Notes: a model not told the origin generated them from the letters alone. Counted from the stretch's first letter, positions 1 to 9,828 are shown. The stretch is DNA of 37,984 nt from Candidatus Poribacteria bacterium (GCA_046582655.1 JAYGDX010000173.1:1-37984), one strand, 5' to 3'. Translations and numbers: made by a program.

Positions 1-204
1 ATCAATAAACTGGGTTGTTCGTTGATTGATTTCATCAGGTACAACACCTTCCAGCATCAGGTATCCATCTCGACAGAAGGAAAACACCTGTGAGTCGTTA
101 AGGGTAGGTTGACAATCACGTACTTTGTTCACTCTAAATCAAGCCTTTCATGAATTTGACAAGATACTAGCTAACTGAAATTGATCCACGGATTCTAGCT
201 AGGT

Positions 205-286
205 TCCACATGAACCATGTAGACCACAATCCCATCATATCAAATATGGCAAAATCTATCAATTTCAGCTTCCGTTAACCTCCAGT
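205..286 (+). repeat. Repeat A copy 1 (copy 2 at 3312-3395); probably the 3' remnant of a coding sequence
   Basis: ccacatgaaccatgtagaccacaatcccatcatatcaaatatggcaaaatctatcaatttcagcttccgttaacctccag aligns with 3312-3395. One frame reads PQSHHIKYGKIYQFQLP vs PQSYHTRHGKIYQFQLP. Confidence 0.8.
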
Positions 287-358
287 TCTATAAAACCGGC
301 AACGGTGTCCAATTTGTCCACTATTTTTCTTGAAACAGTCGGCAACGTTATTGCCGAT

Positions 359-544
359 ATGACCGAACAAATGCCGCTTGAAGAAGCTGCCCAATACCTC
401 AATGTAAGTGAACGAACACTTCGACGTCGAATCCAGTTGGGAAAAATCACCGCAAATAAAATAAAAGGCAAATTGATCGTCAACAACTCCAACTTGAAGA
501 CATGCCGTATTCGCCCGTATTCGCGATGTTTTCGTTCCTTCTAG
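359..544 (+). CDS. Small helix-turn-helix DNA-binding protein (excisionase/HTH_17-like); C-terminus may be degraded
   Basis: MPLEEAAQYLNVSERTLRRRIQLGKITANKIKG fits the excisionase/MerR-type HTH pattern. ATG at 359 chosen over GTG at 305. Confidence 0.7.
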   Translation: MTEQMPLEEAAQYLNVSERTLRRRIQLGKITANKIKGKLIVNNSNLKTCRIRPYSRCFRSF

Positions 545-625
545 TACCTTGATCACTTTCGATGCGCTAATAGCCAACCTAGACCAACAAGTGGTAAGGA
601 CCGTGCTATGCACGGAAAATGGTTA

Positions 626-1525
626 TTATTTTGATCCTGACACACAACGAAAACCGACGAGTGGCTGACGGTACCCGAGGGATAGCTGACGACGGAAAGC
701 TACACAAGGGGTGTCTGCAGGGTAGCCCCAAGAACCGCCCCGCAAAACACGGTATTTTTGATCACTACTATACCAATCCTGACATCATTCCTCAACGTTG
801 CCCGATATATCATACAAGCCGTATCCATTAGGACGAAAACTACCTACAGGTGCCGTCATCCTACCCTACTGATCTTTGCCTCCAGTACCCTTAAAATTAG
901 CATACTCACGTGCAATACTTTCTTCATCGCCCCAAGGGAATTCTTTACCAACTAAACCACCCCTAACTGCAAATTCCCATTCTTTCTCTGTTGGTAATCG
1001 TTTAGCTGCCCACTCAGCGTATGCAGTAGCATCAAACCAACTCACATATATCATTGGATGGTCACCAGTTAGAGAGTATCCATATAACTCAGCCCAATCA
1101 ATAGGGTCTTTAGGCTCATAACCAGAGGGCTTCAAAAACTTCTTGAATTGTCCCACGGTAACTTCAGTCGTATCCATGTAGAAAGATTCAGATACTTTCA
1201 CTTTCTTCTCAGGAATAAGAATTTCCCGCTCAGGTGAAATAAGGTCACCAAATTTGGTGTAAGTAGCGGCTATTACTTTTCGAGTAGCTGGTATTTTCTC
1301 AAACGTCCCAGGAATCCGAACCATTTCGGCACCATCCTTGTTCCAAACGATCTTTTTCCCTTCTGGATCGATTGAAACAAAAGGCTTTTCTTCAGCAATA
1401 TCCTCCTTGACATCTCCTATTAGACCAGGAGGTTGCACATTCTCTTTAGGCTTACGGGATTCATCTTTACCACATCCAACCAAAGCAACCAACACGGCAA
1501 AGATTCTGCTCTTATCTAAGACCAT
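626..1525 (-). pseudogene. FGE-sulfatase (SUMF1/CLec-fold) domain lipoprotein, pseudogene with two in-frame stops
   Basis: Lipobox-like [15 protein letters not shown] and [15 protein letters not shown]. The frame continues past TAG (866-868) and TGA (785-787), both at Trp positions, through PNGYGLYDISGNV, RVLRGGSW and GFRCVSGSK to TAA at 626-628. Confidence 0.85.
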
Positions 1526-1752
1526 AGAATTTCACCTTTTTGCTATAACAGTTTTAACAAAATAATAAATTATTAACCCAACACCAGACGAATTACACCA
1601 AAAACGCTCATCTAACACCTGTTACCAGCCTCGATAACGTGCCTATTTTGCGATTTAAGCGATTCCTGAGGATCTAAGTTGTTTAGAAAAAATCGTAACC
1701 AAGCTTGCCTACCCATAAAAGCGAACCTCGGTGCAAATACTCCTCCCAGCGC

Positions 1753-1773
1753 AAGGCTGATTTTCAGCCTTTT
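1753..1773 (+). terminator. Hairpin AAGGCTGA-TTT-TCAGCCTT followed by a short T run; possible terminator
   Basis: Perfect 8-bp inverted repeat in an intergenic region; weak U-tail. Confidence 0.35.
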
Positions 1774-1824
1774 ATAACAGTTTGGTAACAATTTACCTGA
1801 TCGTTACCGGCATTTTCTGCACCC

Positions 1825-1888
1825 TTGATTTAACCATTTGCCATTCGCTAAAAAGCGAGGGTACCCCTAGGTTGGGTCCCCTCTATAA
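1825..1888. repeat. Repeat B copy 1 (others at ~3439-3497 and ~15625-15682)
   Basis: aaaaagcgagggtacccctaggttgggtcccctctata vs aaaaaagcagggatatcccctaggtccctctacagatt vs gaaaaagcgggggtgctcctaggtcgggttctctacagatt. Confidence 0.7.
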
Positions 1889-1935
1889 ACTAACAACATT
1901 GCCAATAGGAAATATAAACTAAGGGAGTTGATTAT

Positions 1936-3090
1936 CTAATTTGAGCGTTGAATGGCTTTTGCTTGTTCTTTATACTGTTTAGCTGCCATAGCATAGCCTC
2001 CATTAGCGGCATCAAGAAAGTGGCACTCCTGTTTCCTCACCATGCAAGTGAACAATGCTGAATCGGTTTTATGGATGCCATAAATCAATTCGCCCCTTTC
2101 TCTTCGCTCCTCAAGGAGATTGACAATATGCTGGTATTGAGTTTCGGATAAATCAAGAATCATCCGAATCATGCCGTCAAATTTCTGGAAATCAGAATTA
2201 TTTGTCACCCTTTGGATTGTCTTGTCGAGGAAAGGATGAAAGACTTTAATGATTAGGGAGTTAATCGATATTTCCAAGGCTATTTGAATTTTCAACAACC
2301 ACTTTGCGACAAGACGTTTACCGTGGGAACGAATGGTATATTCTCTCTCGCCATTGAAATTTGCAGCACCGTGTAATAACTTCGCTTTATCAACAGGAAT
2401 GACATTATGCCAACCTTTAACTAGATCTTGGATTTCAACCAAAACCTCATCGTAGATCTTAATCCCTTCGATAACATCTTCTCTTAGAGCTTGGATCAAG
2501 ACAGCAACCACGCAATCATTTCTCGCTGGCAGAGGTTCCCATCGACAGTTAAATCCCAAATAGCTGGCTTCTTTTTCAAGAGGCCCTTCAATGGTCTCTA
2601 GGCGTCCCGATTTAAGCCAATTTTCAGCCGTTTCTGTACCATCCCCAGCAAAGAAGGCAATATTGGATCCACCGCTAAGATTGTAACGTCCAACCATGAC
2701 CTTGTGCCCTCCAGCATGTAACTCTTCAATTGACACAATTCCAATCCGAAAGTCTAGATCAAAGCCATCTAAGGCCATTGCGCGGATTTGTTTCAAGGCA
2801 TTACGAACATCATCAGAATACTGATCAGGGAACAGGATAGTAGCCCCATCTCCGCCAAAGATAAAAGGGAGTTCAGTATCGCCACAAGCATTCATGACCG
2901 CTGTGATGGAAGCCACACCACAGGAATTGATAGCGTGGTATTTTCCTGCGTCGATAGCCTTAGTTGAATTGACCAGGTCTGAAGTAGCAATAAACCAATC
3001 TTGGGGTGCCGTTCGATAAAATCGAAGATCGGCACACTCAGAGAAATCTGTCATCGGTTTTAATTCAGAAAAAAACGAGTCTGTGTTCAT
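1936..3090 (-). CDS. DUF3095-family protein (nucleotide-cyclase-like fold)
   Basis: Motifs SDLVNSTKAIDAGKYHAIN, PFIFGGDGAT, GFNCRW, NSDFQKFDGMIRM, HFLDAANGGYAMAAKQ. Confidence 0.85.
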   Translation of the reverse strand: MNTDSFFSELKPMTDFSECADLRFYRTAPQDWFIATSDLVNSTKAIDAGKYHAINSCGVASITAVMNACGDTELPFIFGGDGATILFPDQYSDDVRNALKQIRAMALDGFDLDFRIGIVSIEELHAGGHKVMVGRYNLSGGSNIAFFAGDGTETAENWLKSGRLETIEGPLEKEASYLGFNCRWEPLPARNDCVVAVLIQALREDVIEGIKIYDEVLVEIQDLVKGWHNVIPVDKAKLLHGAANFNGEREYTIRSHGKRLVAKWLLKIQIALEISINSLIIKVFHPFLDKTIQRVTNNSDFQKFDGMIRMILDLSETQYQHIVNLLEERRERGELIYGIHKTDSALFTCMVRKQECHFLDAANGGYAMAAKQYKEQAKAIQRSN

Positions 3091-3311
3091 GGGTTATCCT
3101 AATAGATCGAAAAGGATTAGTGCTTGATGGATCGCCAACAATACATTTCTCAAAACATCATTATTCATCGTTACTATTGTTAAACAACCCAATTATAGAG
3201 AAATTTGTTTTCCCAGAACCAAGTAACAATTAAATTAGGGGAATGTAGCAACAATATTGGAATCGCTAACTGACCAAGAAGCACATTATATTACCCCAAC
3301 AAAACTCAGTC

Positions 3312-3497
3312 CCACATGAGAACCATGTTGGCCCACAATCTTATCATACTAGACATGGCAAAATATATCAATTTCAGCTTCCGTCAACCTCCAGCCCTGC
3401 AAAATTACCAAGGGGTTGACGGAATCAAGATCAGCCTTTTTGATTTGACCTGCCCTGAAAAAAGCAGGGATATCCCCTAGGTCCCTCTACAGATTGG
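3312..3497. repeat. Repeat A copy 2 plus repeat B copy 2, with an 11-bp inverted repeat TTCCGTCAACC (3379-3389) / GGTTGACGGAA (3414-3424)
   Basis: Direct alignment with 205-286 and 1825-1888. Confidence 0.75.
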
Positions 3498-3670
3498 GAT
3501 GCCGAGCGAACTCTGCATCCTTAGCGCGAATTCGACTCTCAAGGGATTAGCTTAGTCATTCTATCACGATTGTCGCATCGAGGTAAAGAAGTGGGTTAGC
3601 CTGAGCCTGCGATGCAGAAAACCAACCTACCCACACCGGCCTGAAGTTTAGTTCAGACCAGCATGGATGG

Positions 3671-3912
3671 GTTGTGTGTCTTGGGGCTCGCTGGAAGGAA
3701 TTGTGGTACTACGCTGTTTTCGAAGCTGATCTTTTGCGCTGGAAAATGATCCGACGTATTGTATGTACCGCTGTGGGCCTATCGTGACTCGTGGGGGTAA
3801 GGCAAGAACCATTGGATTGTTCTGCCTACGAAGCATCATGCAGATACTGACCAATCCCAACTGGGTTATTAAACACTCACTGAGACCCGCCTGATTATCC
3901 CGTACACGAGTT
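3671..3912. repeat. Repeat C+D, longest copy (related copies at 6011-6240, 7334-7445, 19981-20058)
   Basis: Core tacgcyGTyTT...cttttgcgc...aaaatgatccgacg...tgtaccgc is shared by four loci. acccgcctgattaYcccgtacacgagtt occurs at 3885-3912 and 6028-6055. Confidence 0.85.
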
Positions 3913-4288
3913 ATCTTTTGCACGGGTTTCAATAAGTAGCAGATTAGTTGACTAAGTCGGTCATTTAAAATTTCTTACTTGCTGTTAGTCGATAAGCGGA
4001 CCAACAACAAAAGGTCAAATCCGTCCTTGCACATTCAGAATAACACTAATTACGAAGTCTAACAGTTGTTCCATTGTCTGAAAATGCACGTAAGCTTAAA
4101 TTATACAAGGGCTTAAGAGATTGATACATTGGTTAGGCAATGACCTTAAGTGCAACAGATGCTTTGACCTGTAGAAATTAAAGGCTTCTAATTCTGGGCT
4201 GGTTAAGTCTCTATGCTGGGTCAACTGTGAAAGTACCTATCTAGGCTGGACTCCAAATTTTGCCTCTTTTTAGTGAAAGGATTCATGG

Positions 4289-5863
4289 TTATTGGCCATT
4301 TTTAGCTCTGCTAGGTCTTTCCGACTTGTGCTGATATAGCTTGAGATTTTCCGTAGAATGGATCAAATCGTAATTTCTTTGGAGGTTATACTCCGTTGGC
4401 TGATTTTCACCTAACCTCCATGTGACGATATAGTCAATTATTTCTGGGCGTCCGTCCTTCCAGTTCACGGGGAAGTAATTATATTTAGCTTCATAGTTCA
4501 CTAAATCAACACCACCGTTGCCCAAACAATAATAACTAGTAATCTGGGTAAAAGGTTCTACAAATTCATCGTGGGTAAACGACGGTACCTTTTTAACACC
4601 AGGAGAACGGTCGTCAAAGAGCCCCAAAACAGCTTTGTTTTTCTCAATTAGCTTGGTTGCTGAGGTGAATTCTTTCATCATCTTATCCAATGGATAATAG
4701 TAGCGGTAGCTTAAGGCCAAATGAGCGAGGGCAAAGATAACCATGACGATAACAAGACCGCGCTTGATATATCTATGGAAATCCTGCTGAAGAAAGGGCA
4801 AAAGCAACGGGAAAATAAACAGGCTTATCCGGTCATTGATCCAACCACCAGACATCATACTTGATGGCATAATGAAGTAAATAGCAGTAAATATGATAAA
4901 AATCAGTAGAAACTGGTTGTCCCTACTTGAAATTTTCAGTTGACGAATTCTGTTGTGTAAAGTGGCTATGAATACAGTGCCTAACATGACCAGCATCAGA
5001 CGCGTGATAATCAAGTGATGAGCCGTGAAGTACACCAGTGATTTGGTATTCAGAAGATAACTCCATAGATGGTTGCTACCGATCCGTTCCCATATCTGGC
5101 TTAAACCAAAATGAGAATCTGACTCTCCAATGTCGTTTGATAGCAGATAGTTAGCCATGAGAAAAAAAAGCGGTATCATATAAGAAAGAAGAGCAATAAC
5201 ACGTCTAGGATTTTGGTAGAACGATATTATGGACACCAAAATTAAAGAGAGCGTGAGAAGGCCATAGGAGAGAATATGGCAAAAGTAAGTTAAAATGCAT
5301 AATATGTTGAGGATTGCAACATTACTCAGAGTCATCTCTGCTTTATGTTTCACGAAATAGCCTAATGCGAAAAAAAATACTGGTACAGACATGGAAAAGC
5401 TATAGAATCCCATGTGTAGTAGATAATGGTAGCTAAACAGAAACCCTAAGAAACCATATAAATTCTTCCCTTTGTGCGTAGCATCAAGAAAATAGAAAAG
5501 GGATAATGGAAACAAAACAACAATCAGGCTTAACAGGATTTTTTCCGCTACTAAAGGTGGGACAACATACATTAATAATATCAGGAAGGCATGCGTGAAC
5601 CAATTGGGGAAAAGTGTGAGATTCAACTGGTAATACTGCCTCATGAGAGACCCTTCTTCAGCATCATGGAAAACTTTCAAGACATAAGCATTATAGATAT
5701 GGGCTGGCCCGTCCTGAGAAGGAAAATAGGTAAAGATCCAAAGAGGCAAAACATGTAAAACGAGAAGGACAAAAATGAGAATTCTTTTGTGTCGGTAAGC
5801 GGGATCCGCCTCCTTCCAACGTGCAGAAAGAGAATGTAGTCTTGCGACGACGGATTTCAACAT
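4289..5863 (-). CDS. Polytopic membrane protein, possibly GT-C-fold glycosyltransferase-like
   Basis: Roughly ten or more hydrophobic segments, a first-loop PSQDGPAHIYN motif and a soluble C-terminal tail. Confidence 0.65.
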   Translation of the reverse strand: MLKSVVARLHSLSARWKEADPAYRHKRILIFVLLVLHVLPLWIFTYFPSQDGPAHIYNAYVLKVFHDAEEGSLMRQYYQLNLTLFPNWFTHAFLILLMYVVPPLVAEKILLSLIVVLFPLSLFYFLDATHKGKNLYGFLGFLFSYHYLLHMGFYSFSMSVPVFFFALGYFVKHKAEMTLSNVAILNILCILTYFCHILSYGLLTLSLILVSIISFYQNPRRVIALLSYMIPLFFLMANYLLSNDIGESDSHFGLSQIWERIGSNHLWSYLLNTKSLVYFTAHHLIITRLMLVMLGTVFIATLHNRIRQLKISSRDNQFLLIFIIFTAIYFIMPSSMMSGGWINDRISLFIFPLLLPFLQQDFHRYIKRGLVIVMVIFALAHLALSYRYYYPLDKMMKEFTSATKLIEKNKAVLGLFDDRSPGVKKVPSFTHDEFVEPFTQITSYYCLGNGGVDLVNYEAKYNYFPVNWKDGRPEIIDYIVTWRLGENQPTEYNLQRNYDLIHSTENLKLYQHKSERPSRAKNGQ

Positions 5864-5927
5864 ATGTCGTTATCCTGAGGGATAGTCGATATCAGGGCAA
5901 ACTCGTATAAGACTAGTTGCTTGTACT

Positions 5928-5956
5928 ATTGTATAGCAATGCAAATCACAGGTCAA
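5928..5956 (-). promoter_or_regulatory. Sigma70-like promoter for 4289..5863
   Basis: TTGACC-17 nt-TACAAT on the minus strand. Confidence 0.55.
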
Positions 5957-6010
5957 CAGAATCAGAGTTAGATGATGTAAGGAATGTAGGTTATGAGAAG
6001 AAAAAGGGTA

Positions 6011-6240
6011 CCAACTGGGTAGCAGATACCCGCCTGATTACCCCGTACACGAGTTGAACCCGTGAAGGTCGTTACGCCGTTTTTGAAGATTGTCTTTTGC
6101 GCGGGAAAATGATCCGACGTAATGCGTGTACCGCCGTGGCGTATCGCGACTCGTGGGGATAAGGGAAAGTCCTGTTGGATTGTTCTCTCCTACGAAGTAT
6201 CAGGTAGCTACTGACCAATCCCAAAGGGATTATTAAACAC
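6011..6240. repeat. Repeat D followed by repeat C (order reversed relative to 3671-3912)
   Basis: 6028-6055 matches 3885-3912; 6071-6240 matches ~3707-3876. Confidence 0.85.
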
Positions 6241-6318
6241 GTGCTTCAAACCCATTCCGTTCACCACCTACTGGTAATTATTTCTTTTAGTCCTCTAGGA
6301 CAAGCTGATTCTAACTTT

Positions 6319-6346
6319 TGGACATTTTAACCCCGTCGACTATAAT
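6319..6346 (+). promoter_or_regulatory. Sigma70-like promoter for 6422..7213
   Basis: TGGACA-16 nt-TATAAT; GAAGGA RBS before ATG 6422. Confidence 0.55.
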
Positions 6347-6421
6347 TAATTCATTGGGGATGCACTCATATCATCCAGAAGATGATAATTCTGAAGCGAT
6401 TAACTCTGAAAGAAGGATATA

Positions 6422-7213
6422 ATGAATGAAGATCAGAAGTATTTCTTTGACGTTACAGGTTATCTTGTTCTTGAAGACTTACTTACACATGATCATTGTG
6501 AACAACTGGTCGAAGCAATCAACAGGATTGCCGAAACGCCCGTAGCACAATTGCCCAAAGGCGTAAGCTATTCTACTCCATCTCCGAATGAGATCAGTGT
6601 TGGCGACTTGACTAGCGCCGATCCAATATTTGCTAATCTGATTGATCTCCCACCTGTCATCGACATCTTGAAAGCGATTATTAATCCGAAACTCCGACTG
6701 GAAATTTCCTACGCTCGCATTCGCCGTCGAGGCTACGCTGGGTTGGAGATACACGGCGGTGGCGACGGGGTTGATCCCATTTTTTCGTATCATCATTTTA
6801 ATGGGCAGATCTACAGCGCCCATACTGTCGTGGCTTTCAATTTAACTGATGTAAGCGAGGAAGAAGGTGGTTTCGTCTGCATTCCGGGTAGCCATAAAGC
6901 CAATTTTTCCTTGCCACTAGACAGACGGGGATTCAAAAATGGGAAAATCGACACGTCACTGCTTCGTTCCGTTCCATGCAAAGCAGGTTCAGCCGTTATC
7001 TTCACCGAGGCACTGTCACATGGTGCCACCCCTTGGGAAAACGACCGAGAGCGTGTGAATCTATTCTACAAATACAATCATGCTGGTATAAAGTGGCGTA
7101 ATTTCTGGCCCTCAAAGGAGGCCCTCGAGCGAATGACACCCAGTCAGCGATCCTTTTATTCCGAAGTAGGTTCTGACCCACGTGAGAAACGGATCCCCCA
7201 CCTTGGTAGGTAA
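6422..7213 (+). CDS. PhyH-family Fe(II)/2OG oxygenase with a non-canonical H-G-G motif
   Basis: FFDVTGYLVLEDLL, IHGGG, GGFVCIPGSHK, AGSAVIFTEALSHG, R-V-N-L. Confidence 0.85.
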   Translation: MNEDQKYFFDVTGYLVLEDLLTHDHCEQLVEAINRIAETPVAQLPKGVSYSTPSPNEISVGDLTSADPIFANLIDLPPVIDILKAIINPKLRLEISYARIRRRGYAGLEIHGGGDGVDPIFSYHHFNGQIYSAHTVVAFNLTDVSEEEGGFVCIPGSHKANFSLPLDRRGFKNGKIDTSLLRSVPCKAGSAVIFTEALSHGATPWENDRERVNLFYKYNHAGIKWRNFWPSKEALERMTPSQRSFYSEVGSDPREKRIPHLGR

Positions 7214-7277
7214 TGATAGTTTGTACTCCGTAGAACAGATGCAATTAAATGCGTTGAGCGAACTCAATATCTTTACG

Positions 7278-7340
7278 TGTGTAGAAGGTACAAAAATCCT
7301 GTTGGTCGACGATCAGCCGACGAACCTGGATGTGTTGTGT
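7278..7340 (+). pseudogene. N-terminal fragment of a response-regulator receiver domain
   Basis: KILLVDDQPTNLDVL, cut off where repeat C begins (~7334). Confidence 0.6.
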
Positions 7341-7445
7341 AGTTTGGGAGCTCACTGGAAGGAATACAGTGTTACGCCGTCTTGGAAACTGTTCTTTTGC
7401 GCTTGGAGTTATCCTAGGTTTGTATATACTACCGTAAGCCTATCG
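7334..7445. repeat. Repeat C copy 3, abutting the stop codon of the caspase-FGE gene
   Basis: gttgtgtagtttgggagctcactggaaggaatacagtgttacgccgtcttggaaactgttcttttgcgc aligns with 3671-3740. Confidence 0.75.
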
Positions 7446-9320
7446 CACAACGACATGGGATTTTGAGACGCATCGAAAACCAAGGCCGGCATCGACGTTG
7501 GGACGGACTGGATTGCCGCTGCCGCGGTTAGCAACACGCAGGTATTCCGAAGAGTAGTTCCAAGCCCCCCCACGCAACACCCGATATTGGCCAGTGTTAG
7601 GCCCCTGTGGGTTATTCTGGGGAGAAATGCTATAATAATCCTCTCCATACCAATCGGAACACCATTCCCAGACATTGCCCGCCATGTCATATAAACCATA
7701 ACCATTAGATTCAAAGCTACCTACTAGGGCAGTGGAATCCGCCCACTGATCCTTGCCTCCTATACCTAAGTAGTTAGCAGCATCATGGGTTAGTTTATCC
7801 CTCCATGGATACTGTTTACCTTCTAGTCCACCCCGGGCAGCATACTCCCACTCCGCCTCCGTTGGCAACCTCTTACCTGACCAGTTGGCATAAGCTACTG
7901 CATCATGCCAACTAACTCCCACTACTGGTTGATCAGGCTGATTGAAGGATGAGTCATTCCAAGGCTCAGGTATCCTATGTTCAGTAGCCTCCACAAACTT
8001 TTGATACTGGGCGTTAGTCACTTCGTACTTGTCCATGTAAAAGGCTTCTACATGGACTATATGGACTGGTTTCTCATCTTTATCATAAGAGGCTCCATTA
8101 GAATCAGAACCCATCTGAAAACTACCAGCGGGTATCAGCAACATTTCAACACCTGATACACAACGAAACCCGACGTCGATGTTAGTATCCTCCGGAGTGT
8201 AGCAGTATCGGTAAGCAACACGCAGTTCGTTTGACCCACTATTCCAAGCCCCCCCACGTAACACTCGCAATGAGCTAATGTCTGGCCCTTGTGGGTTATT
8301 CTGGCGGGAAATGATATAATAATCCTCTCCATACCAGTCAGAACACCACTCATAGACATTGCCTGCCATATCATACAAGCCATAACCGTTCGGTGCGAAG
8401 CTACCCACGGGTGCGGTATAAGCATAACTATCATCCACACTCATGTCAGCCAAATTGTTAGTTTTCTCCACCTGCTTCAAAGTCGAATCTGCATAGTTAC
8501 ACTGGCTGCCGTTGGGTGTTGAATTCCCCCAAACATAAAGTCTTTCCTTCAAGCCGCCCCGGGCAGCATACTCCCACTACTGGTTGATCAGGCTGATTGA
8601 AGGATGAGTCATTCCAAGGCTCAGGTATCCTATGTTCAGTAGCCTCCACAAACTTTTGATACTGGGCGTTAGTCACTTCGTATTTGTCCATGTAAAAGGC
8701 TTCTACATGGACTATATGGACTGGTTTCTCATCTTTATCATAAGAGGCTCCATTAGAATCAGAACCCATCTGAAAACTACCAGCGGGTATCAGCAACATC
8801 TCAGTACCATTTTTACCAATGGTAGCAATTAATGAGGTTGAAGTCCTTGGTTGTATTGGCTGCATTCTTACCTTCTCAGATAGCGATGCCTTCTCTGCCA
8901 GAATGATCTCTCCCTGTACTTCAGCTTTGAACTTAGGCCTCTGTTTCAAACCATTGCGTGCCGCCCACTTTCTCGTCTTCTCATACACATAGCGATTGAC
9001 TTCACTGACAGATATCAATCCATCCTGATCACGGTCAGTTGTATCTCTTCCTTTCAAGGCTTCGATAAGAAAGTAAGTGAAAGCACCATGCGGTTGATCC
9101 GTCATTTCATATGAAATCTCATCCAGCCCGCAGGAAGCTAACACTACCATCCCTTCAGCATCATCCAAGATTCGTTGAAGGACACTCCCCATCGTAGTGG
9201 TGGCTTTACCTCCACCGCTATGACAGGCATCAAGGATCAAGATCTGCTTAGATGCTTTAGATAGGCGCATTTGGTCCATAACTGTCTTTATGGAAATAGC
9301 GGTCAGAGGTGGGTTACCAG
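7440..9320 (-). pseudogene. Caspase-like peptidase C14 plus two tandem FGE-sulfatase domains; 5'-truncated and frameshifted near 8570
   Basis: ILILDACHSG, HGAFTYFLIEALKG and DQDGLISVSE (C14 C-half only; catalytic His region absent). Two FGE domains end in GFRCV. ORFs 8497..9279 and 7440..8552 are separated by a 71-bp deletion relative to domain 2. Confidence 0.85.
7915..8799. repeat. 230-bp near-identical direct repeat (7915-8144 and 8570-8799)
   Basis: Read base by base; one mismatch seen (8028 C vs 8683 T). Confidence 0.9.
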
Positions 9321-9390
9321 GCTAGGTGGATCATCCGGAGCCTGACGGAGGCAGAAAAGGGCAACGCAATCCGAAAGATCTACATGCAGC

Positions 9391-9828
9391 CTAACCCGCG
9401 GCGGTTTGCTCAGCACGCGTTTCCTTCTGCGGACGCAGTTGGCCGTCGGTAATGTAATGAGTCAGCCCTGCTTCATCGTTCTGTGTCACCCCCGTCCCCA
9501 GGTAGGTGCAGAGGCCCCAATACAATTTCTCTAGGTCATTGATTTTGTATTTTCCCATTGGGATGCCGCTAAGGACAGCGAATCCTGTGCCGTGGCGTAA
9601 CTGGTGCGAAAGGGCTTGCAAGGTATCCCTCAAAGCCGGAAGCGGCAAGTCGTCCTGACATATCTCGGCGAATTGCAATCCGCGCATCTTGACCTGCTGA
9701 AGCGCTTGATGCAGATTGTCCTTCTGCACGGGGGGCAGGCTGAATTTCCAGGATTGGTCAAGCCCTAGGTCATCATCCGTCCAAGCGCTGGCATCTCTGA
9801 CAGGTTTCATTCTCGGTGTCATATCCAT
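9391..9828 (-). pseudogene. TauD/TfdA-family dioxygenase, N-terminal fragment
   Basis: SAW...LRHGTGFAVLSG...YWGLCTYLGTGVTQN; ends before the HxD metal motif. Confidence 0.7.

Noticed and set aside
785..868. TAG/TGA read-through in the FGE gene
   Set aside because: Both are single-base changes from TGG at conserved Trp positions, with no redox motif.
3648..3932. 94-aa ORF as a real gene, or IPLGLVSS as a reverse-transcriptase motif
   Set aside because: The frame is not preserved among repeat copies and no YxDD or other RT motif is nearby.
7915..8799. The 230-bp repeat as a DGR TR/VR pair
   Set aside because: It covers the N-terminal scaffold, is essentially identical and shows no A-specific mismatches.
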